Program-made: the position numbers and the translations under genes
The notes under the pieces: generated by a model
Database searches by the model: none
Told to the model about the DNA's origin: nothing
Seen by the model: the letters and a program-made list of their open reading frames with translations, nothing else
DNA from: an uncultured Candidatus Saccharibacteria bacterium
GTDB lineage: Bacteria; Patescibacteriota; Saccharimonadia; Saccharimonadales; JAGQNJ01
Direction: 5' to 3'
NCBI GenBank assembly: GCA_964493895.1
Contig: CAZBPY010000002.1
Coordinates: 67,351-131,350 of the forward strand
Length of the DNA stretch: 64,000 bases
Part shown: positions 1-8,945 of the stretch, in pieces
Layout of the letters: the number at the start of each line of letters is the position of its first letter
Position numbering within the stretch: the first letter of the stretch is position 1

Positions 1-957
1 TTTTATTTCGCTTAAAGGTCGGCCATCGAGAATTTTGAAGCCGGCGGCGTAAGGATGACCGCCGCCGCCAAAATGTTCGGCTAACTTACCGGCGATTGGA
101 TGGCCGTAGTTGGCTCGGATTTTGCCGGTGATCTTTTTGTCTGGATATTCTTTGAAAGCGATACAGACAGCCGTACCTTCGGTTAGGCGCATATCGTCAA
201 TAACTAGCATCGATGGATTGTATTGGTTGCTGTACTTTTCGATTTCTTCCCAAGGGATAACCACAGTAGCCACTAAGTTATCCGGGCTGTACTCGATGCG
301 TTGCAATAACCGGCCTTTATAGCGCACTAACTCCACGGATTTTCGCATTAGTTCGCGCCGGGCATTATCAATGGCCGGCAAATCAACGCCCTTTTCGACT
401 AATTCGGCAATGATTCGGATGCTGCGCGGCGTGGTGGCCTGGCTCATAAGTCCCAGTGAATCGGCTAATATTGACACGGCAATCATATCCAGAGCATTAG
501 CCGCCAGCGGCCAATCTAGTTGTTGAGCTAATTCATATATGACCTCGGCAGTAGCTACAGCGTCGGGCCGATTCAAGACTACATTAGCAAAATCAATGGT
601 GTTTGGTGCATCGTGGTGGTCAATAATTATGCAAGGCTTGGCCGCTATCCAAGCCAGTTGACCGGATTTTTCAGCCGACTCTAACAAAGTGCGGGCGCTG
701 CAGTCAACAATAATACTGGAATCGAACTGAGATGGAATATCATGCTCGACACGATCCCAACCGGGCAAGTATCTAAGATGAGCCGGAATGTCCATACCGC
801 AGTACAAAAACGGCTCCTTACCCATGTCATGCAAGATTTGTTCCAAAGCCAGGCTAGATGCCAGGCTGTCGCCATCCGGATTATTGCCTTGAATAACAAC
901 GATAGTCTTGGCTTCGTCAATGATTTTAGCTATTTGCTCAGCCTCTTCATATTTCAT
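1..957 (-). CDS. DHH/DHHA1-family phosphoesterase (NrnA-like), 3' end cut by window edge
   Basis: Absent from ORF track because it runs off the window. My minus-strand translation from ATG 957 gives MKYEEAEQIAKIIDEAKTIVVIQGNNPDGDSLAS...CIIIDHHD...GGGGHPYAAGF (DHH and DHHA1 motifs). ATGA overlap with recR stop. Confidence 0.8.
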   Translation of the reverse strand, partial: MKYEEAEQIAKIIDEAKTIVVIQGNNPDGDSLASSLALEQILHDMGKEPFLYCGMDIPAHLRYLPGWDRVEHDIPSQFDSSIIVDCSARTLLESAEKSGQLAWIAAKPCIIIDHHDAPNTIDFANVVLNRPDAVATAEVIYELAQQLDWPLAANALDMIAVSILADSLGLMSQATTPRSIRIIAELVEKGVDLPAIDNARRELMRKSVELVRYKGRLLQRIEYSPDNLVATVVIPWEEIEKYSNQYNPSMLVIDDMRLTEGTAVCIAFKEYPDKKITGKIRANYGHPIAGKLAEHFGGGGHPYAAGFKILDGRPLSEIK

Positions 958-1562
958 AAGCTGGTACGCCCTTCTAGTGCCCTGGACAGCGTTATTTGAT
1001 CAGCATACTCTAAGTCTACCCCAATCGGCAGACCGCGGGCTAATCGGGTTATTTTGATTTTGCGATCACCAATTTGTTGCTGGATAAACAGGGCTGTCGA
1101 CTCGCCTTCAACTCCGGCATTGGTAGCTAGGATTATCTCTTTAACTCCGTCATCATCGATACGCTTGATTAGCTCCTTAATGCGCAGATTTTCCGGCCCA
1201 AAACCATCAATAGGTGAAATCAAGCCGCCTAACACATGATAAGTGCCCTGGTAGGCTCCGGTACTTTCCAGGGCATTAATGTCAAACGGCTCAGCTACTA
1301 CGGCTACGACTGTCTTGTCGCGCCCAGGGTCACTGTAGAGAGGCGACAGTTTCTGTCCTTTTTCAATCAAAGCAAAGGTCTTCTGGCAGTAGTCAATATT
1401 GGCGTGCAGTTTGGCCAGGTTATCGGCAATTTCTCGAGCCTTGTGCGGATCAGCTCGCAATAGATGATAAGCATATCTCTCGGCCGACCGCGGTCCGACA
1501 CCTGGCAACATGCGGAGAGCTTCAATTGCGGCTTGCAAACTGTCTGGCAATACTTTCCCCAT
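954..1562 (-). CDS. recR: recombination protein RecR (zinc-finger cysteines mostly absent)
   Basis: 202-aa ORF with HhH (LPGVGPRSAERYAYHLL) and Toprim (EIILATNAGVEGESTA) regions. Lies downstream of ybaB as in the conserved dnaX-ybaB-recR grouping. Confidence 0.9.
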   Translation of the reverse strand: MGKVLPDSLQAAIEALRMLPGVGPRSAERYAYHLLRADPHKAREIADNLAKLHANIDYCQKTFALIEKGQKLSPLYSDPGRDKTVVAVVAEPFDINALESTGAYQGTYHVLGGLISPIDGFGPENLRIKELIKRIDDDGVKEIILATNAGVEGESTALFIQQQIGDRKIKITRLARGLPIGVDLEYADQITLSRALEGRTSL

Positions 1563-1582
1563 GTGACTAGACCAAAGGCTTT

Positions 1583-1876
1583 CTAGAGCCCAAAATTACG
1601 TAGATCACCCATCATCGGCTGCATCTTTTCAGCGGCTATTCGTTGACTTTGCGCAACGGCGTCTCTGACAGCATCTTCAATCCAAGCTTCCAGCTGGCCA
1701 ATGTCATCCAGATCGACAAATTCCGGATCGATGTGAACTTTCTTAATTTTTTGACCACCGGTGATTTCCACCTTGACAGCTCCATCGCCGGCCTCGACTG
1801 TGATAACTTGCTTCTGCAGCTCTTTCTCCAGCTTTTTAACTTTCAATAGCATCTTGGCCTGATCAAATTTACTCAT
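1583..1876 (-). CDS. ybaB: YbaB/EbfC-family nucleoid-associated protein
   Basis: 97-aa ORF of typical size and sequence style (VEAGDGAVKVEITGGQKIKKVHIDPEF), immediately upstream of recR. Confidence 0.85.
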   Translation of the reverse strand: MSKFDQAKMLLKVKKLEKELQKQVITVEAGDGAVKVEITGGQKIKKVHIDPEFVDLDDIGQLEAWIEDAVRDAVAQSQRIAAEKMQPMMGDLRNFGL

Positions 1877-1919
1877 TATTAACTCCTTACCTTTACTCTA
1901 ATATTATAGCAGTCAGCGG

Positions 1920-3101
1920 CTAATTCGTCTGGTCAAAAGTCGCTTTAGTGACCGGATTATTGGGCCAAACTACAAAATAGCGAGTCAGATGGTAAATCGG
2001 GACAGTGGCCAGAGCAGCGCAAAAAATGATCATACCAAAACCTCTGGCTAGTGGGTTGCGTGGAAAAACTGTGAACCATTTTTGCAGCAGAACTGCCAGG
2101 CCCATAGCCATCAGGATGTAAATAATCGGCATCAGTAGCGGCAACCACAGCGGTCCGTTGAGGCTGATCATGATACAGCCAAAAATAGCCAGGACTACGA
2201 ATAAGCTTGTCCGTGATAGTCGCCGCTGATAGTAATACAGATAGGCACCAAGAACAGCCAGCATAGTAGTAAATATATCTAAAATTGGCAGTCGACCAAC
2301 GTTAAATACCGGTTCAAGCGGTCCTCGGGCAAACAGATACGCTGGGATAATCAGCAAGCGCTTCAACCACTCCAATGGTTCAAAGACTAGCGGAATGCCC
2401 AAGTAGGTACGGAGTGGCAGACTTCCGAGAACCAGGCTATAAATTAGCGGCCCAATCATTACTAGGAACACTAGGCCCATCAAAACCACCAATGTTTTGG
2501 GCACCCCTGACAATACTGAAGCAAATTTCTTTGGTTTGAGGATGACAAGCAACAGTAGTAGTGGCAAAAATCCAGGGGTATAGACTAGGCTGGCAGCCAC
2601 AGAGGTGGCAAAAACAAAAGCGGTTTTAGTGTGCTTGGCGTGTGGCAGCCAAAGACTTAGAAAAATTAAAGCTGTGACGCTGTAAAGGCTCATGATTACT
2701 GGGGTGACAACGCGGGCGGCTTGCAGGAACCAGCTGGCAGTTACAAACAGCAGGATAGCCACAGCGGTAATGCGTTTGGTGTGGAGCTTGCGCAAGATTA
2801 CATAGAAATAAATTGCGGTGATGAAGCCAACAATACTTGATGCAAATCGTAAAAATACATCGGATATTGGCATGAAACCCAAAAGATAGATTAGAATTTT
2901 TAGCGGTAGATATAATGAATTTTCTAGAATGGCTCGTAGGTTGGCGGCGCTGGCAATGGTCTCAGCTTCAAGGGCACTTAGCTTAAAATTGGTCAGCGAG
3001 CCGATTTGGAAAAATAACAAAAAGGCTAAACTTGACAGCACCAACGCAGTGGTTAAAAGAGCTGACCAATGCTGGGAAAAATAGCTTCGAACCTTACTCA
3101 T
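1920..3101 (-). CDS. polytopic integral membrane protein (about 11 TM), possibly GT-C/ArnT-PMT-like glycosyltransferase
   Basis: 393-aa ORF that is hydrophobic throughout with many predicted TM helices. The functional call is only a fold-level guess. Confidence 0.6.
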   Translation of the reverse strand: MSKVRSYFSQHWSALLTTALVLSSLAFLLFFQIGSLTNFKLSALEAETIASAANLRAILENSLYLPLKILIYLLGFMPISDVFLRFASSIVGFITAIYFYVILRKLHTKRITAVAILLFVTASWFLQAARVVTPVIMSLYSVTALIFLSLWLPHAKHTKTAFVFATSVAASLVYTPGFLPLLLLLVILKPKKFASVLSGVPKTLVVLMGLVFLVMIGPLIYSLVLGSLPLRTYLGIPLVFEPLEWLKRLLIIPAYLFARGPLEPVFNVGRLPILDIFTTMLAVLGAYLYYYQRRLSRTSLFVVLAIFGCIMISLNGPLWLPLLMPIIYILMAMGLAVLLQKWFTVFPRNPLARGFGMIIFCAALATVPIYHLTRYFVVWPNNPVTKATFDQTN

Positions 3102-3120
3102 TGCTTATGCTTAGTATACA

Positions 3121-4491
3121 CTATTCACCCTGGAAAGGCTGTTCGGAGCGGCGCTTGTCCAGGCTGCGAAAACGTTGGCGTTCTTTGTCGAAGAAAAGTT
3201 CAATAGCCCCGACCGGACCGTTACGGTGCTTTTTAATAAACAGGTCAGTTATGCCCTTTCGCTCTGATTCTGGATTGTAGTAGTCTTCACGATAGAGGAA
3301 GGCCACCACGTCAGCATCTTGCTCAATGGAGCCTGATTCACGTAAATCAGCTAGATTTGGAATCTGCGGACTGCGGTTCTCTACTGAGCGGCTTAACTGG
3401 CTAAGGGCAATCAGCGGTACGTTTAATTCTCTGGCAATCCCCTTAAGACCGCGCGATATCTCAGAAATTTCCTGGACGCGATTGCCTTCGCTCTGATAGC
3501 GCCCACCGCCGCTCATCAGCTGAAGATAGTCAACGATAATTAGGCTAATCGGGCGGCGGTGGGCTTCGCGCCGGGCCTTGGTTCGTAAGTCACTAACTGT
3601 GATGCCCGGCGTGTCATCAAAGAACATCTGGGCTTCGGACAACGTCCCCATAGCTTGGCCGATTTTTTCAAAGTCAGTGTCACTAAGGTTGCCAGTACGC
3701 AGTGACCAGGCATCGACTCCGGACTCCATGGCCAGGAGGCGGTCGACTAATTGCTCCTTACTCATTTCCAGACTGAAAAATAATACCGACTCATCAGCTT
3801 TGGTGGTAATATTGTGAGCCAAGTTCAGCGCCAAAGCCGATTTACCCATAGCAGGACGGGCAGCCAGAATAATCAAATCTGATCTCTGCAGTCCGGCCAG
3901 CATATTGTCTAGATCTCTAAAGCCAGTTGGAATGCCGCGGATCTTGTCCTTGTCTTTATGGAGTTCATCAAGTCGTTCAAAACTATCGCTCAGGATTTCT
4001 TCCAACGAAATAACGTTCTGCCCGACATAGCGTTGACTGGTTTGAAAGAGGCTGGACTCGGCCTCCTCAATTAGCTCCTGCAGGTTTTTTGTTTCATCAT
4101 AACCGAGAGTCACGATCTCTTGGCTGGACTTAATTAGTTTCCGCCGCAGAGCCTTTTGCGACACAATCCCGGCATATTGCTCAATGTGAGCTGCCGTCGG
4201 CACGTAGTTTGTTAATTCGCTCAAATATGACGGACCGCCAACCATATCAATAAGGCCATTGGCTTTCAGTTGGTCAGTCAGAGTTAGGACATCAATCGGA
4301 CTGTGCTTATCGTAAAGTTGCTTGATACCTTCAAAAATACGTTGGTGCCGCTCATCATAAAAGTCATCTGCACTTAAAGCATCAGCAATCTTAACAATGG
4401 CATCGCTGTCGATTAGAATGGCGCCAAGCAGACTGGCTTCGGCGTCGGTGTTCTGCGGCGGTATGCGGCTGGGGTGAGTTTTGTCGTCCAT
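3121..4491 (-). CDS. dnaB: replicative DNA helicase DnaB
   Basis: 456-aa ORF with an N-terminal DnaB domain (PPQNTDAEASLLGAIL), Walker A ARPAMGKSA and RecA-like C-terminal motifs. Confidence 0.95.
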   Translation of the reverse strand: MDDKTHPSRIPPQNTDAEASLLGAILIDSDAIVKIADALSADDFYDERHQRIFEGIKQLYDKHSPIDVLTLTDQLKANGLIDMVGGPSYLSELTNYVPTAAHIEQYAGIVSQKALRRKLIKSSQEIVTLGYDETKNLQELIEEAESSLFQTSQRYVGQNVISLEEILSDSFERLDELHKDKDKIRGIPTGFRDLDNMLAGLQRSDLIILAARPAMGKSALALNLAHNITTKADESVLFFSLEMSKEQLVDRLLAMESGVDAWSLRTGNLSDTDFEKIGQAMGTLSEAQMFFDDTPGITVSDLRTKARREAHRRPISLIIVDYLQLMSGGGRYQSEGNRVQEISEISRGLKGIARELNVPLIALSQLSRSVENRSPQIPNLADLRESGSIEQDADVVAFLYREDYYNPESERKGITDLFIKKHRNGPVGAIELFFDKERQRFRSLDKRRSEQPFQGE

Positions 4492-4494
4492 AGG

Positions 4495-5916
4495 TTAGTC
4501 CTCTAGTACTTCCCCACCGCCAAAAACTTTTGTTATTGACTCCAGTGTATCAGATTTAGCCGGCTGTCTTGGTTCATCTGGAGCTGGCGCAGCCTGTTTT
4601 CGGGCATTTTTATCGATCTCCGGCCTCATTTCAACCGGCTGGCCGTAGATTTCGGTAATGATAGCCTGAACCTTGTCTTGATTGCGGCTTTCAGCGAACC
4701 GCCGGCGATGAAAATCAAAGGCAAAACCCAGCACTAATACCCCACCCTCAATTGATATTGATGCCATCCGGGCAATACCATAAAGCGTATTATGCGAACC
4801 ACGCAGCTTATCTAACACCTGATCCCAAAGACCGCTTTCCAAAGCAGCCTCCAGATCGCCATTTGGCGCCGGCTTTGAGGTAGTTTTAACGTCTTGGATA
4901 ACCTTTGTTTTCTTTGGTTCGGCGGCAACCGATGCAGGTTTTGCCGCCACGGCCTCTTGACTGCCCAGGGTGTTTTCCAGTAAAACTAGTTCCAACTCTT
5001 GGTATGGTTGCAAAGAACCAGGCACATCAAGAAGCCCGCGCAGTAGCTTCAAAGCCTGACTACGCGGCAACTCGCCCTTCAAAAGAGCCGTTCGCACAGA
5101 ATCAGCCAAGTGCCGAGCCAAAACTGTGGCTTGAATTCCCCGAGATTGAGCTTCATCCAACTCGGCTAGCAGCTCTTTAGGATTATTAACATTTAATGAA
5201 CTGATAATTTTCTCAACAGTGTCGTCCGGCGGAATGCCAAGGTGTTGGCGGACGGCATCTTCAGAAATTTGATCGCTAATATTGCGCAGCTGATCCAATA
5301 AATTGATGCTGTCACGAAAGCTTCCGTTACCATGACGAGCAATAATTTGGGCGGCCGCATCGTCAAGTTTGATTTTCTCCTTCTTGGCAATAGTTTGCAG
5401 ATGCAATGCCGCCTGTTTAGTGTCGATTGGCTTGAAACTGTAGCGCTGAGTCCGGCTAACAATCGTCTCAGGCAGTTTGTGGGCCTCAGTCGTGGCCAGG
5501 ATAAAAATTACATGAGCCGGTGGTTCCTCAAGAGTCTTTAGGAGGGCATTAAAAGCTTCACGCGTTAACATATGCACCTCGTCGATAATATAGACCTTAT
5601 ACGGAGCCTGCAGCGGGCTAAGGCGGGCTTTATCTCTTAGGTCACGGATTTCATCAATCCGGCGGTTACTGGCGGCGTCAATCTCAATAATATCGATATG
5701 CTGCGAATCATCAGTTTTATAAGGCAATTTATTGACCTCATGAGCCAAAATCCTGGCTACACTAGTCTTGCCGACACCACGCGGGCCGGTGAACAAATAG
5801 GCGTGACTGATCTTACCCGATTTCAGGGCTTTATCAAGTGTGTCGGTTATGTGCTCTTGACCGATAACTTTAGACAGTTTTTTGGACCGGTGTGTCCGGT
5901 AAAGTGCTTTCCCCAT
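4495..5916 (-). CDS. dnaX: DNA polymerase III subunit gamma/tau
   Basis: 473-aa ORF with the clamp-loader AAA+ motifs GPRGVGKTS, IIDEVHML and SRTQRY. Confidence 0.93.
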   Translation of the reverse strand: MGKALYRTHRSKKLSKVIGQEHITDTLDKALKSGKISHAYLFTGPRGVGKTSVARILAHEVNKLPYKTDDSQHIDIIEIDAASNRRIDEIRDLRDKARLSPLQAPYKVYIIDEVHMLTREAFNALLKTLEEPPAHVIFILATTEAHKLPETIVSRTQRYSFKPIDTKQAALHLQTIAKKEKIKLDDAAAQIIARHGNGSFRDSINLLDQLRNISDQISEDAVRQHLGIPPDDTVEKIISSLNVNNPKELLAELDEAQSRGIQATVLARHLADSVRTALLKGELPRSQALKLLRGLLDVPGSLQPYQELELVLLENTLGSQEAVAAKPASVAAEPKKTKVIQDVKTTSKPAPNGDLEAALESGLWDQVLDKLRGSHNTLYGIARMASISIEGGVLVLGFAFDFHRRRFAESRNQDKVQAIITEIYGQPVEMRPEIDKNARKQAAPAPDEPRQPAKSDTLESITKVFGGGEVLED

Positions 5917-5925
5917 AGACTATTA

Positions 5926-5931
5926 ATTATA
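5926..5931 (-). promoter_or_regulatory. -10 box TATAAT 9 nt upstream of dnaX ATG (leaderless-type start)
   Basis: Minus strand reads TATAAT-taatagtct-ATG, with no SD in between. Confidence 0.4.
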
Positions 5932-5964
5932 GCGAAGTTTGGCTATCAGTAGCGTTGTAAAAAG

Positions 5965-6474
5965 CTACAATGCAGCTTCTAGAGCGGCCCACTCAGCTGA
6001 TTCATCATCTTCAGGAACGTTGATGCTAACTTGGTCGCCTGGCTTAGCTTTGAAGTAAGTAACCGAAGCCAATAGCACGCGGTACTTACGTTTTTCGACA
6101 TCAACATAGTAATGGCCGTTTTCCATCACCAATGTGCCTACCTTTTGGATACGGGCAACTGGGCCAATCTGCTTATATAAGAACGATCCATCGTCAGCAA
6201 TAGTCAATTTTAGGATATCGCCTTGCACCAACTTAGATTTTGAAGCGTAATTAGCCGGCACCGGATAGGTTTTACCATCCGAACCAACCATATTTTGGCC
6301 ATCAAAAACACCCTCAACAATTTTGCCAGCGATATCTTCAGTTGGCTTTATCGGTGCTGTTTCGTCATCACCAATAAGGCTAACCAACAGCTCCTTGGCT
6401 GCAGCCATGCTAGTTTCAGCTTCTTGAATCAGGGCTCTAAGGCGTTTAATCTGCTTGTCGGATACGTCTGCCAT
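5965..6474 (-). CDS. hypothetical protein (N-terminal helix, beta-rich C-terminal half)
   Basis: 169-aa ORF filling the gap between rplL and dnaX. I recognise no family. Confidence 0.7.
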   Translation of the reverse strand: MADVSDKQIKRLRALIQEAETSMAAAKELLVSLIGDDETAPIKPTEDIAGKIVEGVFDGQNMVGSDGKTYPVPANYASKSKLVQGDILKLTIADDGSFLYKQIGPVARIQKVGTLVMENGHYYVDVEKRKYRVLLASVTYFKAKPGDQVSINVPEDDESAEWAALEAAL

Positions 6475-6690
6475 GTTTGTCTCTCTAATGTCTCTCGAGT
6501 GTTTGTTAAAGGTACACTTCTAGCCACACCGTACCATGCTTGCGGCCATTAGTAAAGTACAGCCAGCTATAACTGTGGACAACTCTTGCCCAAAAATACA
6601 ATAAAAGTTTCGTCTATCGCAAAACGATACACTCAGTGTGTATAAAGTGTATCAAAAAATTTAAGTCACAAAATCATAGATAGACCGCAA

Positions 6691-6724
6691 ACAAAACAAG
6701 CCCGCCTCTAATGCAGACGGACTT
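6691..6724 (-). terminator. rho-independent terminator downstream of rplL
   Basis: Minus strand AAGTCCGTCT-gcatt-AGAGGCGGGCTT forms a 10-bp stem with 2 G-U pairs, followed by GTTTTGTTTG. Confidence 0.6.
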
Positions 6725-6745
6725 GTGACCAGGTCGATGCGGTTA

Positions 6746-7165
6746 TTAAGCCAACTCGACAGTGGCGCCAGCTTCTTCCAAGGTTTTCTTGGCAGCTTCG
6801 GCGTCTTCCTTCTTAGCCTTTTCTAGCACAGGCTTTGGAGCCCCGTCAACAACGGCTTTAGCCTCACCAAGGCCTAGACCGGTGATGTCTTTAACAGCCT
6901 TAATGACGGCCACCTTCTGAGCTCCGGCGTCCTTTAGAACGACGTCAAACTCAGACTTTTCTTCACCGCCGGCTGCTTCACCGTCACCGCCGGCAGCCGG
7001 AGCTGCGGCTACGGCAACTGCTGGCGCAGCTGCGCTTACTCCCCAGTATTCTTCGAGGAATTTTACAAATTTACTGATTTCTAGAGCCGACATTTTGTCC
7101 AGCTCAGCCACCAATTTTTCGAACTCTTTTGGAGTTTCGACTGTTTTCTTATCTTCTTCAGCCAT
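6746..7165 (-). CDS. rplL: 50S ribosomal protein L7/L12
   Basis: 139-aa ORF with an Ala/Gly hinge and the conserved C-terminal domain ([28 protein letters not shown]). Confidence 0.95.
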   Translation of the reverse strand: MAEEDKKTVETPKEFEKLVAELDKMSALEISKFVKFLEEYWGVSAAAPAVAVAAAPAAGGDGEAAGGEEKSEFDVVLKDAGAQKVAVIKAVKDITGLGLGEAKAVVDGAPKPVLEKAKKEDAEAAKKTLEEAGATVELA

Positions 7166-7177
7166 ATCTGTTCCTTT

Positions 7178-7705
7178 CTATCCTTGTTCTGCCTTGGCAG
7201 TTAATACATTTAAGAAACCGCGCAGGTTTCCATTCAGTACATTGACAAATCCGCTCAGCGGTGCTCCCAATGTACCAACCAGTTGTGCTCTTAGGGCATC
7301 CTTGCTTGGCAAGCTGGCCAGTGATTTGACATCATCAACCGACATAAACTGTCCATCTGGGGTGATAGCTCCGACGAATTGAATCGATGGATTCTTCTTA
7401 GCGAAGTTGGCCAGCACCTGGGCTGGAGCCACTTCATCGTCAGAGTTAAAGGCGTACATCAGCTGTCCGGTTAGTGCACTGGTGTCAGTATCTTTCAAAC
7501 TTTCAGTTGCCAGAATAGCTTGGCGAACCAAGCGGTTCTTGACAACTTTTACAGTTGTATTACTGTCACGAGCGCTGCGGCGCAGCTCCTGCATTTGCTT
7601 GACGGCGGTACCTTGATACTGGGCAATAACGGTCAGCTTCGACTTGCTTAATAGCTCGGATACATCGGCGACAACTTGATTCTTTTGATCTTTTGTTAGA
7701 GCCAT
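7178..7705 (-). CDS. rplJ: 50S ribosomal protein L10
   Basis: 175-aa ORF directly upstream of rplL with an L10-like N-terminus. Confidence 0.93.
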   Translation of the reverse strand: MALTKDQKNQVVADVSELLSKSKLTVIAQYQGTAVKQMQELRRSARDSNTTVKVVKNRLVRQAILATESLKDTDTSALTGQLMYAFNSDDEVAPAQVLANFAKKNPSIQFVGAITPDGQFMSVDDVKSLASLPSKDALRAQLVGTLGAPLSGFVNVLNGNLRGFLNVLTAKAEQG

Positions 7706-7908
7706 TGTTCCTCCTTGATTATTAGCATCGACCTAGTTGTTAACGTACTTCGCGCCTAAAAAAGTCCCTGGACGAGCCAAGGACGAAGAGAAACTACAAA
7801 TTACTTTGTAATAACCTCGGCGACATGATTAAGCCTAGATTGCTCTTCGGCCGTCGCTGTCTTTGGCGAATACCCTGTTATTTTATATTGAATTCAGATC
7901 GAGGTCAA
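7706..7908 (-). promoter_or_regulatory. rplJ promoter and structured leader with attenuator-like hairpin
   Basis: TTGACC-15nt-TATAAA lies at 7908..7882. The leader contains CCTTGG-ctcgt-CCAGGG followed by acTTTTTT (7782..7758). An L10-leader role is inferred from position only. Confidence 0.35.
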
Positions 7909-7909
7909 G

Positions 7910-8377
7910 TTAGAGATGGCCATTTGTCTCAACTATGACAGAGGGCCGGTTCTCGGGGTTAGGAAATTCAGAATAACCGGGTACAAAATTAGTCACGAGA
8001 TCAACAAAACGGCTAGCTCGGCGATTATTGGCAATCCACCACAACTCGCTGTAAGTGAAATCAGCTGCCAGCGGCGGATGTGCATCCGGATTAGTCCACT
8101 CAGCCACAGCATCGATTGTTCCTGGCTCAGCATCAGTTAGCGTGCAAAACAGTGTGAACGTGGCTAGCTTGTGCAATTTAGCATCCTCACCACCTTCAAG
8201 ATTACGCAAGCCGTCCAAGCAAATAAGCCGAGCCAAAAACTCCGGATTGCCAGATGCCAAAGTGGTTACTACCGGATCCGGTTCCATCTCCCATATATCT
8301 CGCAGTGACTGGGGTCTGAAGTTTAACTTAAAACGCTCCCCCCGTAGTTCAAAGTTGTGATCTGTGGTAGACAACAT
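7910..8377 (-). CDS. hypothetical protein, LEGGE-motif small-protein family (P155)
   Basis: 155-aa ORF that shares EF..I.L.G.R.LEGGE (LEGGE at residues 60-64) and PPL motifs with ORFs 37649..37969 and 43697..43981. Confidence 0.7.
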   Translation of the reverse strand: MLSTTDHNFELRGERFKLNFRPQSLRDIWEMEPDPVVTTLASGNPEFLARLICLDGLRNLEGGEDAKLHKLATFTLFCTLTDAEPGTIDAVAEWTNPDAHPPLAADFTYSELWWIANNRRASRFVDLVTNFVPGYSEFPNPENRPSVIVETNGHL

Positions 8378-8395
8378 TATGGTTTCGAGCTCCTA

Positions 8396-8701
8396 TTAGA
8401 TTAGCGGGCCGCCCCGGCCATAGAAATTATCAGGTCCGATTTCTTGAGATCTTCGATGAGGATTCCGCATATTGCCTACAGTCCCTTCAGCCTCGACTAT
8501 AGCTGTCGCTCCAATTGTACTGGTTAAGTCTGGGTTAGCAGTAGCACTTTCACTATCTGTTTCAGCACCAGTAGACCCCTCTGGCATACGGCCAGCCCTA
8601 GTCCATGACGGATCACTATTCATTAGAGCTCGTGCTTGAGCATCCAGTGGCGAAACACCGCCATCACCAAAGCCAGTTTTTCCATCTAGTTCGAACATCA
8701 T
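8396..8701 (-). CDS. hypothetical acidic Gly/Thr-rich protein (P101)
   Basis: The ORF-track start is TTG at 8722. ATG at 8701 is preferred because AGGAGA lies 9 nt upstream. Confidence 0.55.
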   Translation of the reverse strand: MMFELDGKTGFGDGGVSPLDAQARALMNSDPSWTRAGRMPEGSTGAETDSESATANPDLTSTIGATAIVEAEGTVGNMRNPHRRSQEIGPDNFYGRGGPLI

Positions 8702-8724
8702 TCTGAATTTTCTCCTTATCAATT

Positions 8725-8898
8725 AAAAAAGCTTCTCATTTGAAGCCTGGATTTCTTTCGGCTGTACTTCTCTCGTGGATGAGATCAGGCTTCAATCATA
8801 TTGAAGCACAGCCGCGTCCGGCCGAGCAACACAATCAATGCAACCTGAATGAAGTTCATGTCGTCATTTGTTATATCACACCGACAGACCGCATGCAA
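8725..8898 (-). promoter_or_regulatory. promoter, 24-codon leaderless uORF and three mutually exclusive hairpins upstream of P101
   Basis: TTGCAT-17nt-TGaTATAAC lies at 8898..8870, and ATG 8859 opens MNFIQVALIVLLGRTRLCFNMIEA (to 8785). The alternative pairings are GCTTCAA/TTGAAGC, TTGAAGCCTG/CAGGCTTCAA, and GCTTC/GAAGC followed by T6. Confidence 0.3.
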
Positions 8899-8945
8899 GC
8901 GCTTACGCTTGATTTTTATAGCCAAACGCGTATGATTTAGTACTT

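Noticed and set aside
954-957. Alternative genetic code (UGA as Gly, as in some CPR lineages)
   Set aside because: TGA terminates conserved genes at their expected ends (for example recR), and all core proteins are full length under code 11.
681-999. 79-aa and 85-aa ORFs at the left edge
   Set aside because: They lie inside the DHH phosphoesterase reading frame, which the ORF track misses because it runs off the window.
6626-6653. Inverted repeat GATACACT-N12-AGTGTATC upstream of the 169-aa ORF
   Set aside because: It could be an operator or a second hairpin after rplL. There is no matching known motif or clear promoter context, so it is noted only.
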